Shown here: positions 1 through 10,006 of the stretch, in pieces
Layout of the letters: each line of letters starts with the position of its first letter
Numbering within the stretch: the stretch's first letter is position 1
Assembly: GCA_046753845.1 (NCBI GenBank)
Contig: JBHHUP010000001.1
Span: forward strand, 13,343-77,342
Length of the DNA stretch: 64,000 nt
Reading direction: 5' to 3'
Source: Thermodesulfobacteriota bacterium
GTDB taxonomy: Bacteria; Desulfobacterota; GWC2-55-46; JADFVP01
Program-made: the position numbers and the translations under genes
Notes under the pieces: model-generated
Told to the model about the DNA's origin: nothing
The model's database searches: none
Seen by the model: the letters and a program-made list of their open reading frames with translations, nothing else

Positions 1-1040
1 GCGCCCACTATGGAGACCTTGGAAATATCACGGTCCCCTATTACATCAGCTGCCTTTATATCCAGCGCAGTTGCACCCATAATTGACATGGCCTCGTCAA
101 AGTCCCCCTCAAAGACAGTAAAGGTAAGGTCAGTGGAGGCCTCTGTCCCTATGTTCTGAACTATCATGTCCACGTTTATACCTGCGTCCGTAAGGGGCTT
201 AAAGATACGGGCCGCTATGCCGGGCCTGTCGGGAACGCCTACTACGGAGATCTTAGCCTCGTCGCGCTCATAGGTAATACCTGATACCACTACTTTTTCC
301 ATATCCTCATCCTCCATTGTTACGAGCGTACCCTCGGAGTCTGTAAAAGAAGACCTTACGAGCACGGGGATGGAGTACTTTCTCGCAAACTCAACAGACC
401 TTGTCTGCAGAACCTTTGCCCCGAGGCTCGCCATCTCCAGCATCTCGTCATAAGAAATCTTGGAAAGCTTTCTCGCGTCAGCACATAAACCCGGGTCTGT
501 TGTAAAGACCCCCTCTACGTCTGTGTATATCTCGCAGACCTCTGCGTGAAGCGCCGCCGCAAGGGCCACGGCCGTGGTATCGGAGCCGCCTCTGCCAAGG
601 GTGGTTATCTCCCCCGAGGGCGTTACTCCCTGAAAACCAGGCACCACCACTATAAGCCCCTCGGCAAGCCTCCTCTTAATCGTCTCTACATCTATATCCT
701 TGATACGCGCCGAGGTATGGGTATCATCAGTAATAATGGGTATCTGATGGGCAAGAAGGGAGAGAGCAGGAGAACCCATTTCCTGTAATGTAAGGGCCAG
801 AAGCCCCGCAGAGACCTGCTCGCCGCTTGATACTATAACATCGTACTCCCTGCCAGCGGGGCTCTCGGCAACGCTCGAGGCAAGCCCCACAAGGCGGTTC
901 GTCTCGCCGGACATGGCGCTTACGACTACGACTACGGATTTACCCTCTACCGCCGCCGCAGCCACACGCTCCGCCACGCGCCTTATCCTCTCCGTGCTGC
1001 CTACAGAGGTACCGCCGTATTTCTGTACTATAATATCCAC
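1..1040 (-). CDS. lysC: aspartate kinase; the C-terminal end runs off the left window edge
   Basis: Absent from the ORF track because there is no stop in the window. My minus-strand translation from GTG at 1040 reads VDIIVQKYGGTSVGSTERIRRVAERV...VVVVVSAMSGETNRLV. Positions 119-1 read TVFEGDFDEAMSIMGATALDIKAADVIGDRDISKVSIVGA, which looks like the ACT region. The KYGGTS N-terminus is typical of aspartokinase. Confidence 0.85.
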   Translation of the reverse strand, partial: MDIIVQKYGGTSVGSTERIRRVAERVAAAAVEGKSVVVVVSAMSGETNRLVGLASSVAESPAGREYDVIVSSGEQVSAGLLALTLQEMGSPALSLLAHQIPIITDDTHTSARIKDIDVETIKRRLAEGLIVVVPGFQGVTPSGEITTLGRGGSDTTAVALAAALHAEVCEIYTDVEGVFTTDPGLCADARKLSKISYDEMLEMASLGAKVLQTRSVEFARKYSIPVLVRSSFTDSEGTLVTMEDEDMEKVVVSGITYERDEAKISVVGVPDRPGIAARIFKPLTDAGINVDMIVQNIGTEASTDLTFTVFEGDFDEAMSIMGATALDIKAADVIGDRDISKVSIVG

Positions 1041-1049
1041 GATGAAAAA

Positions 1050-2450
1050 CTACCTTCTCTTTCTTCCAAGCTTATGTACGGCCACACCGTGCACGTCCTC
1101 GGCGGCCTCAAGTACAAGCTCGGGAAGCGTGGGGTGGGCATGGACGGTATCTATAATATCCTCTGTCTTCAAGGCTGCCTTTACGGCCAGAGCCACCTCG
1201 CCGATAATATCCGTGGCATGGGCCCCTACGATAGAGGCCCCGAGTACAACGTCAGTGCCCTTATCAGAAAGTATCTGCACAAACCCCTCTGTCTCGCCCA
1301 TGCCGAGGGCCTTGCCGCTCGCGGCATAAGGGAACCTGCCAACGCTTACATCTATACCCTGCTCTTTGGCCTCTTTTTCCTTAAGGCCAACGCTTGCTAT
1401 CTCAGGGTCCGTAAAAATCCCATAAGGTATGGCCGAGTAATCCATGGTCTCGGACTTTCCAAGTGCGTTGGCCGCGGCTATCCCGCCCTGAACTGAGGCA
1501 ACATGGGCAAGGAGCATCTTTCCGGTGACATCTCCTATGGCATAAACGCCCTTAAGGCTTGTCTCAAGCCTCTCGTCTACCACAATTCTACCCTTCTCCA
1601 CCTCTACGCCGGCGGCGGTAAGCCCCAGGCCCACGGAGTTAAAGGCCCGGCCTATTGTAACAAGGACCTTCTCTGTGATAAATGCGTGGCCACCCTTAAG
1701 AGTGGTCTTTACCTGCTTCTCGCCGAGTACGGAGACGTCCTCAACAAGAACGCCTGTCATTACGTTAACGCCGCTCGCCTTAAAACCCTTCGCTATAACA
1801 CGCGAGACCATGCGGTCTTCTGTTGCAAGGATGCCGTCAAGTAACTCTACGACTATGCAGTCTGTGCCGAATGCGGAAAAAATCGTAGCGAACTCGCAGC
1901 CCATGACCCCGCCGCCTATGATGAGCATGCTCTTGGGAAGCTCTTTGAGGTCAAGGGCCTCCGTGGAGGTAATGACATTCTCACCATCTATCTTAAAGGC
2001 CGGTATAAGGGCTGGCTCCGAGCCCGTGGCTATGATGATGGAGCCTGCGGCGATGGTCTCGGACTCACCGTCTTCCCCCCTTACCCTTACGCGCCCCGCA
2101 CCCTCGATAAAACCGGTGCCCTCAATAACCTCTACGCCGTTGCCTTTAAGGAGCCCCCTTACGCCGCTTACAAGCTTATCTACTACGCCGTCTTTTCTCT
2201 CGACGGCCCCTGCCATATCAAAAGTATAATCAGAGACCGTAACGCCGAACTCTGCGGCCCCCTTAACGGCCTTCACACTTTTAGCAGAATAATAAAGGGC
2301 CTTAGTTGGAATGCACCCGCGGTTAAGACAGGTGCCTCCTACCTTTGCCTTCTCAATAAGGGCTACGCTCCCTCCAAGCTGCGCCCCCCGTATAGCGGCT
2401 ACATAACCGCCCGGGCCGCCGCCGATTACCACAAGATTAAATTCTCTCAT
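1050..2450 (-). CDS. lpdA: dihydrolipoyl dehydrogenase (E3)
   Basis: 466-aa ORF with an FAD motif VVIGGGPGGYVAA and the redox-active disulfide GGTCLNRGCIPTK. The C-terminal HAHPTLPE matches the dimerisation-domain signature. Confidence 0.9.
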   Translation of the reverse strand: MREFNLVVIGGGPGGYVAAIRGAQLGGSVALIEKAKVGGTCLNRGCIPTKALYYSAKSVKAVKGAAEFGVTVSDYTFDMAGAVERKDGVVDKLVSGVRGLLKGNGVEVIEGTGFIEGAGRVRVRGEDGESETIAAGSIIIATGSEPALIPAFKIDGENVITSTEALDLKELPKSMLIIGGGVMGCEFATIFSAFGTDCIVVELLDGILATEDRMVSRVIAKGFKASGVNVMTGVLVEDVSVLGEKQVKTTLKGGHAFITEKVLVTIGRAFNSVGLGLTAAGVEVEKGRIVVDERLETSLKGVYAIGDVTGKMLLAHVASVQGGIAAANALGKSETMDYSAIPYGIFTDPEIASVGLKEKEAKEQGIDVSVGRFPYAASGKALGMGETEGFVQILSDKGTDVVLGASIVGAHATDIIGEVALAVKAALKTEDIIDTVHAHPTLPELVLEAAEDVHGVAVHKLGRKRR

Positions 2451-2487
2451 AAAGATTTTCTCCTTGAAAATATCTCAATATTATTTT

Positions 2488-3000
2488 CTAAAGTGACCCT
2501 GCGGCTCCCCCTCCATCAAGACCGCGCCCCGAGCCCCTCTTCTGCACGCTTATCTCTCTTCGACTCTCACCAAGGTAGATAAACCTCACCACAACGGCGG
2601 AGTTCTCAAGTATCGCAGGCACCTTATCCGCCCATTCTATTACAGAGATACCGCCTGAGTAAATATATTCCTCAAGACCGGCCTCAAAAAAATCACCCTC
2701 GCCGGTTAGCCTGTATAGATCCATATGATAAAGGGGAAGTATATCCTTATCATCATCGTAGATATTAAGGAGATTAAACGAGGGGCTCTTCACATGCCCC
2801 TTCTGTCCGAGCCCTTTAAGAAACCCTCGTACAAAACAGGTCTTGCCGCCGCCGAGCTCCCCTACAAGGGATACTATATCACCTGCCTGAAGCAGGACCG
2901 CCACCTCGGCTCCAAGGGACTCCGTCTCCTCGGGAGAGGCCGTAATATATTTTTTGACCGCCTTCTCCGCTCCCTCCTCGCATGCCCCCATCTTACTCAT
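2488..3000 (-). CDS. tsaE: tRNA t6A37 biosynthesis ATPase TsaE (YjeE)
   Basis: 170 aa with Walker A GELGGGKT followed by SPSFNL..Y and HMDLYRL, typical of the TsaE family. It overlaps the nnr stop by 8 nt. Confidence 0.8.
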   Translation of the reverse strand: MSKMGACEEGAEKAVKKYITASPEETESLGAEVAVLLQAGDIVSLVGELGGGKTCFVRGFLKGLGQKGHVKSPSFNLLNIYDDDKDILPLYHMDLYRLTGEGDFFEAGLEEYIYSGGISVIEWADKVPAILENSAVVVRFIYLGESRREISVQKRGSGRGLDGGGAAGSL

Positions 3001-4558
3001 GGGTCAGTGAGTTAAGGAGCCGCGGCAGCTCCGCAAGGAGCTCCGTGGCTATAAGACCCTTGGGCCCGCCATGCCTATTACTTATCACATCTCCTGCGAG
3101 CCCGTGAATATATACAGCCGTGATAGCTGAGTGCACCGCGCTTTGCCCCTGCCCGAGGAGGCCGCCTATCATGCCGGCAAGGACGTCTCCAGTGCCTGCC
3201 GTGGCAAGGGCGGGCCCGCCTGTGGTATTAATATAAATCTCGCCATCAGGGGCGGCGATAATAGTATGGAAACCCTTCAGGACCACTAGGGCTCCTGCCC
3301 TCTTCGCAAGCTCCGCGGCCATACCGATACGGTCCCCCTGTATATCCGCCGTACTCACCCCGAGGAGCCTTGCCGCCTCACCGGGGTGCGGTGTAAGGAC
3401 TACTTCTCTTGAGGCGGCCCCTTTAAGGTCATCAGGTGAACCTGCAAAATTATTAAGCACATCGGCATCAAGAACCACGGGCAGAGAGACCTCGCCGATA
3501 AGGCTTTTTAACAGCGCCTTAAGCCCTGTCGATACGCCAAGCCCCGGCCCCGCCACAAGGGCGGCCTTACCCTGAAGAAGTTCTTTTATCTCCCCGTAAG
3601 CCTCTTCTCCGATGGTGCCTTTATTATCCTCCGGCAGGGCCCATGTCATGACCTCCGTGGTCTTGCACTCCATGATATTATTCAGACCCGCAGGAAGACC
3701 GATTGTAAGAAGGCCCGCGCCGCACCTCATGGCCCCCATGGCAGCCATATAAGGGGCCCCTGTCTTACCGGGAGAGCCGCCAAGCAGGGCAACGTGGCCG
3801 TATGTACACTTATGCGTCTCCGCCCTCCTCGGCATTAATATTGAAGAGACAGACTCCGCGGTGATAAGATTATGCTTTAAGGCCTTATCAGTAAGCATAG
3901 AGGCAGGCATGCCGATATCAGCTACCTCTACCCTTCCGGTAAGCCCTGAACCCGGTGCGAGGTAAAAACCAAGCTTCGGCAGGGCCATGGTGACGGTAAT
4001 CCCCGCCCTTACCGCCGCTCCGTCAACCTCACCCGTAGTGGCGTTCATGCCTGAGGGCACGTCTATGGAGATAACAGTGCCCTTTACGGTATTTATAAAC
4101 TCTAAGACCTCGCCGTAAAAACCCTCTACCGCAGAGGTAAGCCCCGTGCCCAGCACGGCGTCAACCACTACATGGGCATGGCGCATCGAAGAGATCTGTT
4201 TTGTTAAATCCGCGGAACTCTTAAGGCAATTAACGGCGCCGCCCATCTTCTGCCAGCACCGAACGTTTACGCCGCTATCACCCTTAAAGTTACCGGGGCG
4301 CGTTAGCGAAAAAACCGTCACCTCAACCCCTGCGTTCTGAAGATGACGGGCGCATACAAAACCGTCGCCGCCGTTATTGCCCTTGCCGCAGATTATGGCG
4401 ACGCGCCTCACCTCGCCTCCCTTAGAGGCAAGCTCCCGAAGCACCACCTCGGCAACGCTCCTTCCGGCGTTCTCCATAAGCTGAAGACCCTTCATGGCGT
4501 ACTCACTCAGGGCCCTCTCGTCCATAGCCCTCATGGCAACGGCGTCCATAACCTTCAT
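2993..4558 (-). CDS. nnr: bifunctional NAD(P)H-hydrate epimerase / ADP-dependent dehydratase
   Basis: 521 aa. The N-terminal YjeF_N motif is CGKGNNGGDGFV. The C-terminal carbohydrate-kinase part has GPGLG and ATAGTGDVLAG. Confidence 0.85.
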   Translation of the reverse strand: MKVMDAVAMRAMDERALSEYAMKGLQLMENAGRSVAEVVLRELASKGGEVRRVAIICGKGNNGGDGFVCARHLQNAGVEVTVFSLTRPGNFKGDSGVNVRCWQKMGGAVNCLKSSADLTKQISSMRHAHVVVDAVLGTGLTSAVEGFYGEVLEFINTVKGTVISIDVPSGMNATTGEVDGAAVRAGITVTMALPKLGFYLAPGSGLTGRVEVADIGMPASMLTDKALKHNLITAESVSSILMPRRAETHKCTYGHVALLGGSPGKTGAPYMAAMGAMRCGAGLLTIGLPAGLNNIMECKTTEVMTWALPEDNKGTIGEEAYGEIKELLQGKAALVAGPGLGVSTGLKALLKSLIGEVSLPVVLDADVLNNFAGSPDDLKGAASREVVLTPHPGEAARLLGVSTADIQGDRIGMAAELAKRAGALVVLKGFHTIIAAPDGEIYINTTGGPALATAGTGDVLAGMIGGLLGQGQSAVHSAITAVYIHGLAGDVISNRHGGPKGLIATELLAELPRLLNSLTHE

Positions 4559-4911
4559 TATATAATATTCTCCGCTACAACAACTGCCATGGCAATCTCG
4601 CTGGTATGGGTTATAGTAAGGCTTACGCTAAGATTATCATCCCTCTTAAGACTAAATTCTATAGAAGGCCTTCCCTTCTTATCTCTTCTTACCCCAATGT
4701 CCTGAAAAGAGAGAGACCTGCCAGTAGCCTTAAAAAAACTTATCTTGGCGGCAAAACGGGCCGCCAGATGAGGGCCGGGGTCTCGTTTAGAGAGGCAATA
4801 CCCAAGCTCGTCTTCAGTAAAGAGCCTCTTATAAAAAGGGGCGCCCCATCTCTTTATAGCAAGATTAAAGCGCTCCACCTCTACTATCTCTACACCAACC
4901 CCCTCTATCAC
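4558..4911 (-). CDS. acpS: holo-ACP synthase
   Basis: The track ORF is 4558..4938. The family N-terminus (IEGVGVEIVEVERF) begins at GTG 4911, 5 nt after the pdxJ stop, with GGAG upstream, so I trimmed the start. The TAATG junction shows stop/start overlap with nnr. Confidence 0.8.
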   Translation of the reverse strand: MIEGVGVEIVEVERFNLAIKRWGAPFYKRLFTEDELGYCLSKRDPGPHLAARFAAKISFFKATGRSLSFQDIGVRRDKKGRPSIEFSLKRDDNLSVSLTITHTSEIAMAVVVAENII

Positions 4912-4915
4912 ACCC

Positions 4916-5641
4916 CTACTCCGCCCCCTCGGCCACAAGCTCCTTCATACTCCCTACTGCCTCGTTAATGCCCGCGTAGATGCTTCTTGCGATAATACTA
5001 AAACCAATGGCAAACTCCTCTATGCCGCCAAGGGCGACCACTGCCGTCACGTTATGGTAATCAAGGCCGTGACCTGCGTGAACGTGCAGACCAAGTTTAT
5101 CGGCAAGGGCAATAGCATCGGCTATCCTCTTAAGCTCGGCTTCTTTTTTCCCCGCCCCTCCGGCGTTAGCGTATGTTCCCGTATGAATCTCCACACCCGA
5201 GGCGCCTATCTTATGGCTCTTACGTATGCTATCGGCCTCGGGGTCTATAAAGAGGTTCACGGGAATCCCCGAGTCCCCGAGGGTAGTTACAACCCCCTTG
5301 AGGTCTCCCATATTAAGGCCAAGGTCAAGGCCGCCCTCGGTAGTAAGCTCCTCTCTTTTTTCCGGCACCAGGGTAACAAGGTCGGGTTTTAGCTCAAGGG
5401 CTATCTCAACCATCTCGGCGGTAGCTGCCATCTCCATATTAAGCGAGGTCTTAAGGGTCTCGCGAAGGACTCTAATGTCCCTGTCCTGAATATGGCGCCT
5501 GTCTTCGCGAAGATGCATGGTAATACCGTCAGCCCCCGCAAGCTCTGCCATAAGCGCAGCCGTAACGGGGTCGGGCTCAGTATCAAGGCGCGCCTGCCGT
5601 ACCGTGGCCACGTGGTCTACGTTTACCGATAATCTTGCCAT
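4916..5641 (-). CDS. pdxJ: pyridoxine 5'-phosphate synthase
   Basis: 241 aa. [18 protein letters not shown] and HLREDRRHI are PdxJ hallmarks. Its start overlaps the glmM stop (TGATG). Confidence 0.9.
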   Translation of the reverse strand: MARLSVNVDHVATVRQARLDTEPDPVTAALMAELAGADGITMHLREDRRHIQDRDIRVLRETLKTSLNMEMAATAEMVEIALELKPDLVTLVPEKREELTTEGGLDLGLNMGDLKGVVTTLGDSGIPVNLFIDPEADSIRKSHKIGASGVEIHTGTYANAGGAGKKEAELKRIADAIALADKLGLHVHAGHGLDYHNVTAVVALGGIEEFAIGFSIIARSIYAGINEAVGSMKELVAEGAE

Positions 5642-6999
5642 CAGGCCCCCCCCAGTTCTTTTGTAAGTATACCCGCGAGCTCCTCGGACATGGACTTTAT
5701 CTCCGCCTCGTCCTCGCCCTCTATGGTTATTCTCGCCAGGGCCTCTGTGCCGGAATATCGTATAAAGGCCCTGCCCTTTCCTTTGAGCCTGGCCTCAACT
5801 GCCGAGAGGGCTCCCGGCAGACCGGGGATATCTTCTATCTTTTTCTTCTCCCGCACCTTTACGTTCCGCAGCACCTGGGGAAAAGACTTCATACAGCGCG
5901 AAAGAGTAGAGAGCGGCAACCCTTCCTCTACCATTACCTTCAAGACCTGCAGGGCCGTTATAATACCGTCTCCCGTGGTGGTGTGGTCAAGAAAAATAAT
6001 GTGCCCTGACTGCTCGCCGCCGAGATTATAACCTCCCCGGACCATCTCCTCGACAACGTACCTGTCGCCTACAGCGGTCCTTACCACATTGATGCCGGCG
6101 GCCCCCATGGCCTCGTCAAGACCTGAGTTACTCATTATGGTAGCAACAAGGGTATCTCGCCTGAGCGTTCCCTCCTTTAACTTGGCAAGGGCCAGCATGG
6201 CCATGATGTGGTCGCCGTCAATAACCTCGCCCCGCTCGTCAACCATGATACAGCGGTCCCCGTCGCCGTCAAGAGAGATGCCTATATGGGCCCCTGTCTC
6301 TCGGACAAGACGGGCTACGTTCTCGGCATACATGGAGCCGCACTCGTGGTTTATGTTCTCGCCGTTAGGGCTTACCCCGAGAGAGATAATATCGGCGCCA
6401 AGCTCTGCTAATATCGTCGGGGCAACCTTGTAGGTCGCGCCGTTGGCGCAGTCCACGGCTATCTTTATCCCCTCAAGGGTAAGGTGGCCGGGAAAGGTGT
6501 TCTTGGCAAAGACAATGTACCTGCCTATGGCGTCGTTAACTCGATAGGCCTTTCCAAGCTCACTTGCCGTTGGCCTATGGCTGGGGTCGTGATTATCAAG
6601 GATAAAACTCTCTATCTCCAGCTCTACCTTATCAGGGAGCTTAAAACCATTTCTTGAGAAAAACTTTATCCCGTTATCCTGATAGGGGTTATGAGAGGCC
6701 GAGATAACCACCCCGGCATCGGCGCGCATGCTTGAGGTGATAAATGCAATTCCCGGCGTTGGAAGGGGCCCTACCATAAGGGCGTCTACGCCCATGGAGC
6801 AAATCCCCGCCATCATGGCGCTCTCGAGCATATACCCCGAGAGCCTCGTGTCTTTACCTACGACTATCTTATGCCGCCGGTTCTCTTCTTTAAATATATA
6901 GGCGATAGCGCGGCCAAGCTGCAACGCCATCTCCGCTGTCATGGGTTCGATATTGGCTACACCCCTTACACCGTCAGTGCCGAAAAGTCTCTTTTCCAT
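5641..6999 (-). CDS. glmM: phosphoglucosamine mutase
   Basis: 452 aa with FGTDGVRG at the N-terminus, the active-site loop SASHNP, and the DGDGDR metal loop. Confidence 0.9.
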   Translation of the reverse strand: MEKRLFGTDGVRGVANIEPMTAEMALQLGRAIAYIFKEENRRHKIVVGKDTRLSGYMLESAMMAGICSMGVDALMVGPLPTPGIAFITSSMRADAGVVISASHNPYQDNGIKFFSRNGFKLPDKVELEIESFILDNHDPSHRPTASELGKAYRVNDAIGRYIVFAKNTFPGHLTLEGIKIAVDCANGATYKVAPTILAELGADIISLGVSPNGENINHECGSMYAENVARLVRETGAHIGISLDGDGDRCIMVDERGEVIDGDHIMAMLALAKLKEGTLRRDTLVATIMSNSGLDEAMGAAGINVVRTAVGDRYVVEEMVRGGYNLGGEQSGHIIFLDHTTTGDGIITALQVLKVMVEEGLPLSTLSRCMKSFPQVLRNVKVREKKKIEDIPGLPGALSAVEARLKGKGRAFIRYSGTEALARITIEGEDEAEIKSMSEELAGILTKELGGA

Positions 7000-7049
7000 A
7001 GATATCCCATACCTGCCTTTTAACGGTAAACCCTCCTCCTAAGAAGAGC

Positions 7050-7703
7050 TCACTTCTTGGAGATTTTTTCTATTATAACGGTGACCTTCACCGTCTCGGG
7101 ACTTATAGACCTTACATCAAGCTTCTCAAGGTTGATACGGGCCTTGATTACCTTTGACTCTTTAAGGCCGTTTAGTGAAATAGTCTCTGTAAAGAGACGC
7201 CTTAAGAGCAGTATATTCTTCTTCAGCCCCGCCGCCTCCACGGTCCTCGGAGATACGGAGACATGCACCACCTTGTAGCCCTTCTCGGGCACTCCGCTGA
7301 GCTTTGCCTTTACGCCGACGGGTTTGCGCATTATAGACTCAAGACGAAACCTTACCGAACCCGGCTTTACAGAGGTAACCGTAACCCCTGTGGGCACATC
7401 GATATTACCCAGCTCAATGCGATGCCTGTTAAGCCCCTCTACCGCCCCGGAGAGATCGAGGTTGGCCGAGATCTTAGATGGCGTTAAGTTATTGATGACA
7501 AGCTTGGGGCCCCTCACCCGTACGGATATCTCTCCCGTGGGGGCCGTTGTCATCACCATGTCAGGAGGTATACCGGAGAACCCCAGTGGCACAAAAAAAC
7601 CGACCTCCATGGCGCTCTGTCCGGCTACAAAGTACCATAGCGCGCCTGCCAGAAGCAGCGAGAGGGCCTTAAGCCCCAGATTATGTGTAAACCAACCTCT
7701 CAT
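7050..7703 (-). CDS. cdaR: YbbR-domain protein, probable CdaA regulator
   Basis: 217 aa with an N-terminal TM helix and beta-rich YbbR-like repeats. It sits in the conserved cdaA-cdaR-glmM order with a 4-nt overlap with cdaA. The assignment rests mainly on context. Confidence 0.6.
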   Translation of the reverse strand: MRGWFTHNLGLKALSLLLAGALWYFVAGQSAMEVGFFVPLGFSGIPPDMVMTTAPTGEISVRVRGPKLVINNLTPSKISANLDLSGAVEGLNRHRIELGNIDVPTGVTVTSVKPGSVRFRLESIMRKPVGVKAKLSGVPEKGYKVVHVSVSPRTVEAAGLKKNILLLRRLFTETISLNGLKESKVIKARINLEKLDVRSISPETVKVTVIIEKISKK

Positions 7704-8509
7704 GTCTGCATATTCCGCGGCAATATTACATTAAGCCTATTCTTCAAGTTCGTTGTCTTAGTAGGCAGTATCTCTGTCAGCGACTGAAGAAGCTCCTCTG
7801 ATTTAAGCCCCATGTGCAGTTTTGAGTCCACGGCTATAGCGAACTCACCGGTCTGCTCAGATACGACAAGGGCCAGGGCATCCGTCTCCTCGGCTATTCC
7901 AAGGGCAGCCCTGTGACGGGTGCCCACGGAACGTGTTATCTCGCTTTTACTTAAGGGCAGTATGCCGCCGGCCTTAAAGACCCGCGCGCCCCTTATAAGA
8001 ACAGCCCCGTCGTGCATAGGCGACTTTGTATTGAATATGGATATTAAGAGCTCTTTTTTAACGGCTGAATCAATCTCCACGCCGCCGCCAACAATGGCCG
8101 AGAGCCCAACAGAGCGCTCAAAGACAATAAGACAACCCGTTCTCTTACCGGACATGGCTATAACGGCATCAACGACCTCGCCGATAAGCCCTCCAGTGGC
8201 TTTTTTCAGCTCGCGCGATATAAAGGGCCTTCCCATCTGCGTAAGCCCCCTTCTGATATCCTGCTGAAAGACAACAATTATAAATATAATAATAGAGCCG
8301 AGAAAGTTACTGAGTATCCAATGAAGTGTAAGAAGCTCTGCGCGAAGCGATACAAAATAGGCTATGATGACAACACCAAGCCCCCATAACATCCTCTCAG
8401 CCCTCGTGCGCCGTATAATCTGTATAATCCAGTATATGACAACGGCGACTATGAGTATGTCCAGTACAGAGAGTAAATTTTTGACGTTTACCAGCGCAAT
8501 ATCCATCAA
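7700..8509 (-). CDS. cdaA: diadenylate cyclase (c-di-AMP synthase), membrane-anchored
   Basis: 269 aa with three N-terminal TM helices and DisA_N/DAC motifs: HDGAVLI, GTRHRAALGIAEETDALALVVSEQTG. Confidence 0.85.
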   Translation of the reverse strand: MMDIALVNVKNLLSVLDILIVAVVIYWIIQIIRRTRAERMLWGLGVVIIAYFVSLRAELLTLHWILSNFLGSIIIFIIVVFQQDIRRGLTQMGRPFISRELKKATGGLIGEVVDAVIAMSGKRTGCLIVFERSVGLSAIVGGGVEIDSAVKKELLISIFNTKSPMHDGAVLIRGARVFKAGGILPLSKSEITRSVGTRHRAALGIAEETDALALVVSEQTGEFAIAVDSKLHMGLKSEELLQSLTEILPTKTTNLKNRLNVILPRNMQT

Positions 8510-8611
8510 AAGGCCTCAAGCTCCTGCCCTGTAATAATCCCCATGAGGGGACCTTATATATATATTACGACCAAAAATATGCTTCAGTTTATAAAAATAA
8601 AATCCGCCAAC

Positions 8612-9484
8612 CTATGAGGGGTATAAAGGCAGGGGAGAAGCGCCACCCGAGATGGCCTCGGCCATGAGTACGGCCTTCTTTGTCTCCCTCACATCATGCA
8701 CCCTAAGCACATCTGCGCCTTTTAGTACGGCAGCCGTCGCAGCGGCCAGCGAGCCAGAGAGCCTCTCTCCATCGGCCTCCCCTGTTACGGCGCCGATAAA
8801 GCTCTTACGCGAAACCCCGAGAAGAAGAGGGCATCCGAGTTTTTTAAAATAGGGGATACTTCGTATTAGTTCAAGATTCCCCCTGGCAGACTTTCCAAAA
8901 CCAATACCCGGGTCGATCATTATCCTCTCTCTCTCCACGCCGCGCTCCACGGCGTACTTTATACGGCTTTCAAGGTAAGAGTAGACCTCGTCCGAGAGGT
9001 TAGCGTACTCTGTATCCGACTGCATGGTGGCAGGTGTGCCGCGTTTATGCATAAGCACACAAAAGGCCTTGAATCTAGCGCAGAGGGCCGCCATCTCCGG
9101 GTCCATTGAAAAGGCGCTTATATCATTTATGATAGAGGCCCCCTCTTCAAGGGCCAGCCCTGCTACATAAGACTTTGTCGTATCAACAGAAATCGTAACA
9201 CCCTCTTTAATAAGGGTCTTAATAACCGGCATTATCCTCCCCGCCTCTTCAGACGCCGTAACAGGGGATGCGCCGGGCCGCGAACTCTCTCCGCCCACGT
9301 CTATCCAGTCGGCCCCCTCGGAGAGCATCTGCACTGCGCGGGTCACGGCCTTAGAAGGCTCTACGTAATCACCGCCATCAGAGAATGAATCCGGGGTAAT
9401 GTTAAGGATACCCATTATAACGGTACTACGCCCGGAGGGCATTACTCCGTCCATCCCATGCGTGAGGCCCTTAAGAGAGGTCAT
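8612..9484 (-). CDS. folP: dihydropteroate synthase
   Basis: 290 aa with GILNITPDSFSDGG, DVGGESSRPGA and a C-terminal LRVHDV. Confidence 0.9.
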   Translation of the reverse strand: MTSLKGLTHGMDGVMPSGRSTVIMGILNITPDSFSDGGDYVEPSKAVTRAVQMLSEGADWIDVGGESSRPGASPVTASEEAGRIMPVIKTLIKEGVTISVDTTKSYVAGLALEEGASIINDISAFSMDPEMAALCARFKAFCVLMHKRGTPATMQSDTEYANLSDEVYSYLESRIKYAVERGVERERIMIDPGIGFGKSARGNLELIRSIPYFKKLGCPLLLGVSRKSFIGAVTGEADGERLSGSLAAATAAVLKGADVLRVHDVRETKKAVLMAEAISGGASPLPLYPS

Positions 9485-10006
9485 ATCCTCACCGCCAGAC
9501 TCACCTCAGCAAGAGTAATCACATCAAAGACAGACAATACTCCCATGGGCCTATCATAAGCTGATAAAATGTAGGTGCAGGTCATAATCGACGGGTCGGC
9601 TAAGAGGCTAAAGTAAAGACATATGAGGACATTATAAAAAAAACAGGTACATCAAACCACCTGAAGAAGGGGTGGAAAAACCATACCCGCCATGTAAAGG
9701 GCCGCTCTTAAAGGCCTGCCGCAGGGCGGCGGAGACAGATTCAAGAGGCGCGGTATAGCCCCTCTATCATAAAACAATAATCAGTTAAGGCAATCAAAAG
9801 GCTTATAAAAAAAACCTGAAGGTTACTCCGCGGGAGGCTCTTTTGTAAGGACACCCCCCCTGCCCCTGCCCCTGCCCGCTTACCATCTTTGTAGGCCCCC
9901 AAAATGCCGGAGACCCTGCCCCGTACACATTATAAACACCCCCCGCCACAACAGCCCACCGGTAGAATCAAGCCAGCTCTCACCAATCAGCCCTTCATAA
10001 GGCCCC

